DNA of 64,000 nucleotides, from assembly GCA_951406725.2 (NCBI GenBank), contig OX597833.1, positions 41,292,001 to 41,356,000 of the forward strand, in the 5' to 3' direction. Shown in pieces: positions 53,039-64,000 of this stretch. Positions within the stretch are counted from its first letter, which is position 1; the number at the start of each line of letters is the position of its first letter. Source of the stretch: Octopus vulgaris. Taxonomy: Eukaryota. A model generated the notes under the pieces. It had not been told where the DNA came from. It saw nothing but the letters and a program-made list of their open reading frames with translations, and searched no databases. The position numbers and the translations under genes were made by a program.

Positions 53039-54608
53039 GTAAGTTGTTTGAGATTTCATGTTGGTGTCTGTTAATGGCGGTAGGTATGAGTGTATATCAT
53101 TACATCAGGGTGAGTTGATGGAAGTAGATTAGAGTTGTATGTCATTACATCAGAGTGTGTTCATGACTGTTTGTTGGAGAAGATACAACAATTGTATGCT
53201 AATGTATTCTTTCACTGGAACTGCTTGACTCAGTAACTGTGTATGTTTGTTAATAAAACTGAAAGCACTTTCATAAACCAAAGAGTGCTGTATTGTCCTT
53301 TGGGTAGTTGCTATTATTCTATGTGCCACACAACTGGGACATTGAAATAAAGTGTTCTCCTACCTCCCTGCCCAGAGACACTACAGAGTTTGAACTCAGG
53401 ATCCAGGAACTGGTAGTCCAATACCTCATCCATTCAGCTGGGCATCTGGCCATAGAAAATTTGTCTCAGTGAATTTTGTCTGATCCATGTCAGCAGGGAA
53501 AAGTGACATTAAAAACGTTTGTTTCTCCAAGTATTGAAATATGGAAAAACATTTTTCAAGCAGAATCTTTGAAGATGGTTTTGTTTTGTGGCTTCCAAAA
53601 AGAATAAAAAGTAAAGTTAACTCTGGCAGGGTTTGATCTCAGAATTGTGTAGCATGAAACATTAGACTAGTCTGTCAAAATTATGCATGCAGTCTTCTAG
53701 TTTCAACATTAGAAGACAATATTGGTTTCAAATTTTGGCACAAGGCCAGCAATTTCAAGGAAGCAGGTAAGTCAATTACATTGACTCTAGTACTCAACTG
53801 GCACTTATTTTATTGACCGCCAAAAGAATGAAAGACAAAGTCAAACTCAGCAGAATTTGAAGTCAGAACATAGAGACAGACAAAATACTGCTAAGCATTT
53901 CGCCCAGCATGCTAGTGATTCTGTTTGCTCACTGCCTATTAGAAGACAATATTGAAAAGTGGTTTAAGGTTGTGAACAACAGAATCATTAGCATGCTTGA
54001 CAAAATGCTTAGTGGTATTTCATCTGTCTTCAAGTTCTCGGTTCAAATGCACCTTTCATCTTTTCAATATCAGTTGAGCACTAGGGTAGATATAATCGAC
54101 TTAATCCCTCCCCTGAAATTGCTCTAATATTAAAATGTGGTTAAGGAAGCAGCTTCATTCACCTCTAAAGCAATATATTGATGTTGTTTATGTAATATTC
54201 TTCAGTAAAGAATACAATCTAGTTCAACTAATTGCCTGACCCAAGTTTGATACTTGGTTCAAATGAGAGATCTAGTTCCCAAGTAGTAGCTTGCTCAGAC
54301 TTGTAAACTGGTGACCTAACCTAAACTGTAATGTAACTTAAATTGGTGACCTCTCTCAAATTGTTTGCTTGGACCATGTTGATGACTCGACACAAACTGA
54401 TGGCCCAGCACAAACAAGTTATGTTTTATTTTAGTTTCAATAGATCACAATCATCATCATCATTTAATGTCTGTTTTCCATGCTGGCATAGGTTGGACTA
54501 ATCTATCTAACATTTGAAAGAAGGAAAAATTCAGTGTAGATTTTAAATAATTCATGAGTTATTCTTGTCAGAATCTATAAGTTTTCTGGGGTTTTCTACT
54601 CATTTCAG

Positions 54609-54710
54609 TTGACAATTAAAGCTGGCATCTTCAGTAAAGATGGCCCAGAATGTATCATAGATGTAGCAGAAGTACAGCTTCCAGGAGATGAAGAGCCTCC
54701 ATTGAAAAAG
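54609..54710 (+). CDS. HMBS: HMBS exon 10
   Basis: tttcag|LTIKAGIFSKDGPECIIDVAEVQLPGDEEPPLKK|gtaagc; SxDG motif; 102 nt. Confidence 0.9.
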
Positions 54711-56013
54711 GTAAGCTAATATGTTGTCTGTTTCTCTTCTCTTCTCTTCTCTCTCTCTCTCTCTCTCATATTATAATCCAACACATACTGTTCTCTGTCT
54801 CCACCATCCTGTATAGTGATGTCTGTACAGTAATGTCAGAACAGACTTCACTGAATTTGTCTTTCAGCTCTTAGCCATTTAAACCAGCCATATATCCAGC
54901 CCAAATATGTTCAAACAAACCAGATCTAGCCTCTTACACCAAACCTACAATGACATTCTAAAAATAAATAATCACATCATTGAAATCTTAAAGCTGTGAG
55001 CTACTCTTTACTTGTTTCAGTCATGTGGCCATGCTGGAGCACCGCCTTTAGTCGAGTGAATCAACCCCAGGACTTATTCTTTTTAAGCCTAGTACTTATT
55101 CTATTGGTCTTTTTTGCCGAACCATTAAGTTACGGGGACGTAAACATACCAGCATCGGTTGCCAAGCAATGTTGGGGGAAACAAACACAGACATACAAAC
55201 ATATACACACACACACCTATATATATATATATATATATATACATATATTTATGATGGGCTTCTTTCAGTTTTCATCTACCAAATCCACTCAAGGCTTTGG
55301 TCAACCCAAGGCTAAAGTAGAAGACACTTGCCCAAGGTGCCACACAGTGGGACTGAACCCAGAATCATGTGGTTCATAAGCAAGCTACTTACCAAACAGC
55401 CACTCCTATGCCTATATGATAATGCATGATTTATTCAAAACCATATGAATAATAAGCATTACAATTGGAAGAATAATCTGAACACCAAAGGGTTAATCTG
55501 ATCATATCAAGCCCAAATATTCCACTTGTTTTATGTTCAAACTGGCCAGATCCAGCCTCTCACACCTATCCTATAATGTCATTCTAAAAATAAACAATCA
55601 CATCATTGAAGTAATGAAATTGCAAGATAATACTTGATTACTTAAAAACAATGTGAGTAAATAAGCATTACATTTGACTAATTAATCTGCATGCTAATTT
55701 GTTTACTATTGTTATTGTTGCTGCTGCTTTTCCATCTTCTCTTACTTTATTTGTCCCTTTTCCTATACTTTTTTTTTGCTTTTCTTTACCTTTTATTTAC
55801 ATTTCTTTTCCTTTTCTTCTATTGATGTCAATCTCCCACAGCTCCCCTATTATTTGTTATGAATGAAGGTAGAGGTTCACCTAGCTGCCAAGAGCCTGGT
55901 TCACATCAATAATTAATGCAACAGTTTTCTGTTCCTTCCTTCTTTCCTCACTCTTCTTCTCACTCGTCTTGTTGATGATGAACACTTGACTGCTAGAGAC
56001 AACAGTGATTCAT

Positions 56014-56590
56014 TTCCCCACCACTGATATATAGATTGACAATGCCAAAACAGATGCTGGTGTCACAATTAGCCAGTGAGCTTGTTAAAAATATAGATAT
56101 TTGCAACAGAAGCAGCATTAATACCAGGAGGTACTATTGATCCCTACTTAAACATGGATGTTTTGTACTGCAGTGGATACCATGAGAGAAACTCTCACAT
56201 TGGGTTTTGGTGCAAAATGCATTCTTGTTTATATCACTAGTGGGGAGATAAATGCCTGCCACCTCTTCACATGATTTCGTCCTTCTTTGGTCTTGTCAAT
56301 GTTGGATGCCCTATCACTAAAGATAGCAGCAACTCACCTCCCTGCCAGTGGTATATAAAATAACAGTACCAGAACAGGCACTAAATTTGTGATTAGCCAG
56401 TAAGCTCATTAAAAAATTTATATTTGCGACAGAAGCAGTATTAATATTGAGAGGTAATATTTATCCCTTCTTAAGTGTGGGTGTTCTGTTAGAACAAACT
56501 ATACTGTAGTAGATACCTTGAGAGAAACTCTGATATTATCTTTTGGTGCAAAATGCACTCTTTTTTTTTATATTGCTAGCGGGGTGATAA
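56014..56590. repeat. Two diverged tandem copies of a ~240-bp MITE-like unit
   Basis: About 56014-56250 and 56337-56590 are colinear, each with inverted ends (TCCCCACCACTGATATA / TATATCACTAGTGGGGA); a third fragment lies at about 44765-44850. Confidence 0.6.
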
Positions 56591-56654
56591 TTTAAAAATT
56601 ACTCCAACAATAATAATAACATTTTCTGATACAATTTCTCAAATTTTGTTGCAG

Positions 56655-56840
56655 GATGACCTTGGTGAGGCAGACTACACACACATTGTGGCACCAAACA
56701 TTTCAACAGGCAGACTTAAGGCAGCCAGGAATGTTGGCATTGAACTGGCGGAGAAACTTATGACAGAAGATGGTCGGAAAATTTTGGCGGCAGCAAAGCA
56801 AGCAGTGGCAAAAATAAAGGACATCTGCAAGAAGACTTGA
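56655..56840 (+). CDS. HMBS: HMBS terminal coding exon 11
   Basis: ttgcag|DDLGEADYTHIVAPNISTGRLKAARNVGIELAEKLMTEDGRKILAAAKQAVAKIKDICKKT*; matches the HMBS C-terminal helix (AxxLGxxLAxxL..GAxxIL). The 11 exons sum to 1107 nt = 368 aa + stop. Confidence 0.93.
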   Translation, partial: DDLGEADYTHIVAPNISTGRLKAARNVGIELAEKLMTEDGRKILAAAKQAVAKIKDICKKT

Positions 56841-57217
56841 TTATATAGGAGAATGAAATGATAGTTGAGATGCTGCTGCTGCTGGTGATGATGCTTGTTA
56901 TGATGATGCTGGTGATGGGGAATGTTCCAGCTTTGCTAATATCTAGCATTCTCAGTGTTAGATACTTCTTGAAATAAACGAACAAAGGGTGCTAAATACA
57001 CATGTAGAATACTTACATTAATACACACAAACACACACACACACGCAAGAGCACAAACCTCAATGTTATTCTTAATGCTAGAATAACTGCATGAACAAAT
57101 ATGTGCCTCTATATAGATGGGAATGTATGTATCTATAAGTATGGCTGACTTGTATGTGTTATATTTATCTAATACATACATTATTATAATTCCACTGAAC
57201 AAACAAATGTATGTGTG

Positions 57218-57248
<31 letters not shown>

Positions 57249-57280
57249 CATATATACATGTATATATGTTTGTGTACGTG

Positions 57281-57312
<32 letters not shown>

Positions 57313-57391
57313 TATATACATATATGTTTGTTTATATATACATATATATATCTGTATATATATATATATATAACAAACATGCATTTATACA

Positions 57392-57427
<36 letters not shown>

Positions 57428-57435
57428 AACACCCA

Positions 57436-57491
<56 letters not shown>

Positions 57492-58880
57492 GTTTGTATA
57501 TGTGTATTTATGCATATTAATATTTTTATAATCTTAAAGCTTGTTAGTGATCACCATGCATGGACTACAATAAATAGTCTAATATTCGTGCATATAAGCC
57601 TTTGCAAATACATACGAATATGGGTTCGGGTGCCGTGCGTACAGCAAACCCTACTTTTTCTATCGAGGGTTTATATGCCCCAGTATTAGACTGTTTGCCT
57701 TAGTCATTACATGGTGATTGCTTATAAGCTTTAAGTTTATATAAAATAATAATATGGTTATTTACAGAAGTGTAAAATCAGTAATATATATAAATATATA
57801 TTTAAGAAAGTAAGATGACAATGGAATAAGCGATTAGTTTATGGACTTCATTAGCTTACAGCTGTTTCGGCTATAAGTTGTAGTGGATTCATAGTTGAGT
57901 GCCTGAAGCTATAGCTGAGTACACTGCATCTTATAATCTTATAGCAGAAACAGCTGTTAATGAATGAAGTTCATAAAATAATCGTTTATTCCTTTGTCAT
58001 CTCATTTTATTACTACTCTGTAGAACACCTTGTTTTGAAGCATATGTATATTGAGTTCAATACCAGGTTTTTAGTCTTGCAATGCTTAAACAAAATACAT
58101 ATTTGCACACACACATACATATTCATCATCATTTAACGTCCATCTTCCATGCATACACACACATGCACATATATTTTTTCTGTTGAGAAAACTACCTAGA
58201 AATCTCAATTCAATTCAGCTGAGTAATTAATATATTATGCAGACTTTGCAGCCAAGGCTGTACATTCATATCACTTCTTTTGGAATTGGGAGGTTTTTTT
58301 GTCTTTTTTTTTTCCAGAGTTATAGAATAAGTGTACACCCATTGCTAGCAGCATTTTACATGTATATATAATTGTTAAAAATACTGATATTGGTATAAAA
58401 GTTTTCTAAAATGAAAATCTTTGCTTTCTGTTTTATAAATGGCGGTGCCCCAGCATGGCCACAGCTTGTGAGCTGAAACTAAAAAAAATAATAATAATAA
58501 AAAAATATGAGGTAGGAGCTTACTGGGATTTCTTCATTCCTCCCTTTAAAAAGTTCTAACCATTTAGCATTTAAACTACCCATATCCAGCCTAAATTTTC
58601 TACCTGTTTTCTGTACAAACAGGCCAGATCTGGCCTCCCACACATACTCTACAATATCATTTTAGAGTATATTAACCCTTATAACACAGATGAGCTGATC
58701 AGCTTGCTATTTATACAGGGTGTGGCTGAAGTAACACCCTTTTGTATTTGAGTTTTCTAGTTTCTTATTGAGCTTCTTTTTTATTTCCTAAAGCTTCTGA
58801 AGTTTTTTTCATTAGTTTATTATGTTTCTTTAAGTAATGCAATCAATTGGTCTTCAGTAAAAAAATACTTAAACTATATA

Positions 58881-60451
58881 CTTGCAAGGTACAATTGTCG
58901 AAACCCCTTTACATGATATGGAGGGAATCTATGGAGAATGGCAAAATACCAAATACATATAAAGAAGCACACATAACTCCAATACATAAAGGGGACAGCA
59001 AATCAAAACCAAAGAACTACCGACCAATCTCACTGACATCACACATTATCAAGGTCTTCGAAAGAATAGTTCGTGGAAAACTGGTTGAGTTCCTGGAATC
59101 CAACAATCTGATGAATTGCAACCAGCATGGATTCAGGTTAGGTAGATCATGCCTTTCCCAACTACTGGCACACCATGACCAAATCCTAAAAATCTAGAGA
59201 ATGGATACAACACAGATGTTATCTACCTCGACTTTGCCAAGGCATTTGACAAGGTAGATCATGGCATCCTGGGTCACAAACTTCGAAAGCTAGGAGTAGG
59301 AGGAAAAGTTGGTACATGGATACATGAGTTCCTTACAAATAGAACTCAAACAGTCACTGTGAATGGAACCCATTCAACACCATCACCTGTGACCAGCAGT
59401 GTTCCTCAGGGTACAGTACTCGGCCCAATCCTGTTTCTCATCCTCATCTCTGACATAGATGAAGATACAACCAGCAACGTCTCATCCTTTGCTGATGACA
59501 CCAGGGTCATGAGACAAATCAAAGACGAGGTGGATACAGAGGCCTTACAAAGGACCTGACCACCATATATAAATGGCAGGAAACAAACAACATGTTGTTC
59601 AATGATAAGAAGTTTGAACTAATTGCTACGGAACAGATCAAGATCTGAAAAATACAACAAACTACAGAAACCCATCAGGACAACAAATAATGGAAAAACA
59701 GTATGTGAAAGATTTATGTATCCACATGGGAACCAACCTAAAATTCAGAGAACACCTTGACTCAGTCTGTCTTACTGCAAGAAAGTACAGCGGGTGGATC
59801 TTGCGCACCTTCAAATCAAGAGATACCTCAACAATGAAAACCCTCTGGAACAGTATGATACTTCCGAGGATTGACTACTGTTCTCAGTTGTGGTCACCAA
59901 CAACAAAGGGCCAACTATCTAAGATAGAATCGCTCCAAAGAAATTTTACCTCATACTTCTCAGAAACGAGGGACCTGGACTATTGGCAAAGACTCAAAAC
60001 CTTGAGGATGTACTCAATAGAAAGAAGATTTGAGCGATACCGAATTATATACATTTGGAAAATGATAGAGCAGAAGGTGCCAAACTTTGGTATCAAAACC
60101 TACCACTCACTGCGCCACGGAAGACGCTGCCAGCTGCCACTAATCAACAAAAAGGCTGGCCAGGCAGCAAAAACCCTGCGAGAATCAAGTCTGTTGGTTC
60201 GAGGAGCACAACTGTTCAACTCCATTCCGGTACATGTCAGAAATCTATCAGGATGCAGTGTGGAATCATTCAAGATGAACCCCATTCTCCCAGGATATAC
60301 ACAACGAGCACAAACTGACTCAAACTCGCTCCTACACATGTCAAAATTAAGCAGAGAATACAACCTGGCAACCACACCAGACTCTGAGGGTGGAGTCTTC
60401 GACTTGGCCTGAGCATGGACTCAAACCCAAATGAAATGAAATGAAATGAAA
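58881..60451 (+). mobile_element. 5'-truncated non-LTR retrotransposon (CR1/L2/Jockey-group RT), inactivated
   Basis: RT motifs NYRPISLTS, QHGFR, YLDFAKAFDKVDH, VPQGTVLGPILF and FADD; stop at about 59195 and a frameshift near 59560; (AAATG)n tail; AAACTATATA repeated on both sides (TSD-like). Confidence 0.92.
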
Positions 60452-62759
60452 CTATATATACTATAAAAATTATTAAATGTAAAAAGGGTATTACTTCTGC
60501 TGTACCCTATATATTAGAAATAAGAGCCATTTTCTGCAAGAATATGGTAAAATTTTTCTTTCTAATTTTAGAACAAGGCCAGCTGCTTTGAGGGGAGGGA
60601 ATAGTTGATTACATTGACCGCAGTTCTAAAATGAAGACAGATATAAGAACAACAAGCAGGTGTATTAGTTTAATTGCTCAGGAAGACTGGAAATATCTTT
60701 TACGTTTCAAGCCTACGCTCTTTGACAGAGAAAAAAAAATGGAGAGAAAAATGTGCGGAATTCAATTGTTCAACAAAGTGAGATGACTGGAATAAAGAAG
60801 TTGAATGAAAGGGAGATAATCATAATACAAGTGACCCCAACGAACTAAGGTGCGCAAGCGCGCGTGTGTGTCTGAAGGAGGGGTCGAGTGTGTGTGTGAG
60901 TATGTGTATGAACGTATGCATATAAGTGAGGCTCACGTGTGTTGTGTGTAGCAGTTCAGGTGGTGTGTGTCTGACCAAATAGTGTGCAGGTGTATGTTTG
61001 TGAAGCTTTAAGTTGCATGGTGCCGGATCAAGCTTTTCAAAAATAATAATAACGATATTTATTTACGTCCCCGTAACCTGGTAGTTCGGTAGAAGAGGTT
61101 AATAGAATAAGTACTAGACTTTTAAAAATTAGTGCCGAAGTCGATTTCTTGAACTAAACCCTTCAAGGCAATGTCTCAGCATGGCCACATTTTGATGACT
61201 AAAACGAAACGCCCGGGTGAGTGTGGCAGAAAATCAGTTACACCCGAAGAACAGAGGCTAGTGTAGTAGTGACAGAAAAGATGAAGGAGGCGTAGAACAT
61301 TCGTATAGGATGTATGATAGATAACCACGATAAAGCAGCGATTGAACGATGTGATTAGCGCTGGTTTGGTAGAGTTTCAAGATGAGAAAGAGTTCAAGTA
61401 TTATGAGTAATTGCATGCTGGGGATGATTCTAGGTGATGTAGAGAATTGAGTACTGCGAAAACTTCGGTTTCTGCATCAACGACATCAGTTGTGAGCATT
61501 GATGTCACTCGAAATGATAATGAGATAGATTTGCTCGTTGCAGAAACAAATAGAGTTGATGAGTTGTTGGTGATTGGAGTTCGGGCAGCGTAGAAAAAGC
61601 AAATGTAATCGGAGAAGTGGCGGAAGGAGGCCTTGAGACAGAGTAATTGGGAGTCTTTGTCGAGAGAGGTGAATGACTGAGACAGTAGACTCTACATGCG
61701 TACAGACACTTCCACATTTCAGAGTGTGATTTGAAAATATAGAGTAGCAAAAGAAAAAGTTACTCAAACAACTGTAAAGTGTTTTTTTTTAAAATTATTT
61801 GGTCAATATTACCGTCCATCCATCTTCGCTCACTTTCTTGGCAGAGTCACAGGAGTAGAGTTCTCAGACACCTTCACCATAGAGTCTTGTCAGAAGCAAC
61901 CGTCATTAGACTTTCTGGCTGGATTCTTGAGCGTGACCAGCTGAGACTATGGATATTATTCAATCATCTTGTTCTTGGTCTACCAAGAAATTAACATAAT
62001 AAGCTAATGTGTAAAGAAAGGCTCTAGTCCAATTTTGTAGTAATAAAGGGAAATAATTGTTGTATTTCGGGATGGTCATTTTTTTTGCTGAAGGGAAGTA
62101 ATTTATATTTGAATTACTTCCCTTGACATGTGCATTTAACGGAAAATGCAACTAGCAAAGAGAGGACTGTTCGTTTGCAGATTAAATCATATACTACGGC
62201 TTAAGGAATGCATTAGATAATGTAACTTTAGCTATTGTACATTTGAAAATTAGACAAGATGGTTACCATTGATCACTGGTATTTTTTGATCAATTATCTT
62301 TGGGATAAATGACAAAGCAAAATTTACCTTATAACGAGTTTATAAATTCTCAAAATAGAATGTGAGAGTTTAAGTGTGCGCCTATGTAACTAATTTAACT
62401 GTGATCGAAATTTTATCAAACATAAATATGAAAACCGATATAGATTCAGAAAAGTCGAAAAGACTGAAGAAGATATTGAAAGGTATTGAAAATGTTATGT
62501 AAAAAAAAAATCTAAATTTGGTCGAAGAGTATCTACTTCGTGGGGAAACGTTCCGAATAAATAATTATATGGTTGGGTTCTATGAAAATACTAAGATATC
62601 CGATTCTACATCTGTATTTGGGCTAGTCTATTTAGGATCACTGTTGTTTACTTCGAATGTGTTAGGCCCTAGAAAGTGTAATCTAAATATCGAAAGTCAT
62701 TTGTGAGCCTTTCTGGGTAGCTGCATTCCAGTGAGTCACTGTCATTGCAGTCTAGACAT

Positions 62760-63480
62760 CAAGAGGTATCTCGTTCATCCTACGTAAATGGTGATTAAAA
62801 TAATGAACGTCAGAGCTCATTTTAATTTGAAGGATAATAAAAACAAACTTGAACATAGAACAGAACATCACTTGTATGATATACGAACTGACAAGGCTGA
62901 ATATTGATGTCGCTGCTTTAAATAGACCCTAACAGTTAAGAGAATTTAAAATCTGTTTCAGATTATACTATCTTTTAGAAATAGAAGGAAAAGGGGAACG
63001 TCAAATTCAATGAGTCGATTTTATTGCTAAAGCAAAAACAGGTGATGAAGTATCAACTCACACCAAGAACAATCAACGACATATTCATGCTTTTTCCGTA
63101 TACCACTCTATGGAGAGACTTTCATTACTTGTCGACGCTTCTATGCCCAAATGAGACGCCAATAATGGTGTTAAGGATAAATTCTATTATCAACTGAACA
63201 CCATCCTCTCCAAAGTAGCAGCAGGGAACAAACTAGTTCTGCTTAATGCCAGGATCGAGAGACAAGCGATTATGAGGAAATATTGCGGGGAAAATGGAAA
63301 CTACTATGTGAAGGGACTGCTGTTTTGGGGGATGTAGATCAGAAACTTTACATCGTTAAACCACTTCAAAACCATGTGAACACAAGTGGTATGTTTTTGA
63401 TTATGTCATCACTCGAAAACACGACGAACAATCACAAATTCCTCATCAGTTGACTCAAGATCTCCACCCGTCAAAATCAC
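62760..63480 (+). mobile_element. Old RTE-type LINE endonuclease remnant
   Basis: Broken-frame peptides LNIDVAAL and KDKFYYQLNTILSKVAAGNKLVLL..NARI resemble the RTE APE domain. Confidence 0.6.
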
Positions 63481-63626
63481 CTAGCCACTTTTCAGCTCCA
63501 GACGGGTTAGTGTGTATCTTGTTGCTACATTATCAATAGGTATGAAACTAAAAGCGTATGACGTACTCATTCAATTTTGTTTTTCTTTTTCTTTTCCCTG
63601 GCATAGACGAAAGTATGGCTGAGCGG

Positions 63627-64000
63627 CAGTGGTGGCTCGTAGATAAAATTACTGGAGGTGCGGCTTCAGAAAATTTCTAGCCGTTGTTTTAATATTGTGT
63701 AAAAGGAAATAAACATATAAAAAGAAAATTTATGCATAAACTTGAACGGTTCGCGTTTTAGCCACTGCCGGTTAGTGTGTTTAATTTGTTCACTGAACAC
63801 GGCCGCGAATTCCCCCTTGTTTTTCAAAGAACCCCGCTAAATCACAAAATAAGGCTGGTGGGAAATGTGCCCTATTTTTCAAATCCTGTCAGCAACACTG
63901 AAGCTGGAAGCAGGATAATAATTTAATTCTATACTTTATCACATTCAAGAATATAAACGCGTTTTTAAGAACACGCATGCACGCTGACTTGCACACATGC
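63627..64000 (+). mobile_element. hAT-like element terminus (copy 2, runs off the window)
   Basis: Begins CAGTGGTGGCTCGTAG; colinear with the reverse complement of 27875-28228. Confidence 0.65.

Noticed and set aside
56936-57689. Long ORFs rich in YI/CV/HT (also at 1961, 6745, 10830, 30155, 49325)
   Set aside because: These are translations of (AT)n/(GT)n microsatellites and SINE bodies.
61200-61740. Minus-strand coding-like stretch
   Set aside because: The frames are broken and show no identifiable motif; probably an ancient retroelement relic, not supportable as a gene.

Overview
AT-rich, repeat-dense eukaryotic DNA. The SINE families and the (AT)n/(CAT)n microsatellite load look like a coleoid cephalopod (Octopus-like) genome; this is inference. 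Two spliced protein-coding genes lie head-to-head. (1) On the + strand is a complete 11-exon hydroxymethylbilane synthase / porphobilinogen deaminase gene (HMBS, 30591-56840, 368 aa as I splice it). It has one clear minor-spliceosome (U12-type) intron and a second U12/U2 hybrid-looking intron. (2) On the - strand is the 5' part of a PROSER3-like gene (core exons 8576-8652 and 7833-8022, probable further exons at 23291-23337, 21483-21581 and 2759-2823), probably running off the left edge. The rest is mobile DNA: several SINE families, a decayed mariner with perfect 37-bp TIRs, Tc1/pogo-, hAT-, piggyBac- and MULE-like MITEs, a non-autonomous Helitron, LTR remnants, a 5'-truncated LINE, RTE and Penelope remnants, and a tRNA-Phe pseudogene. 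The best second-look signals are the U12 introns, minimal hammerhead-ribozyme-like motifs (an inverted pair, a single copy and a 50-bp tandem array) inside HMBS introns, a long heat-shock-element array inside a MITE-like unit, a perfect 28-bp hairpin, and inverted SINE pairs around HMBS exons. Almost all ORFs in the supplied track are repeat artefacts.
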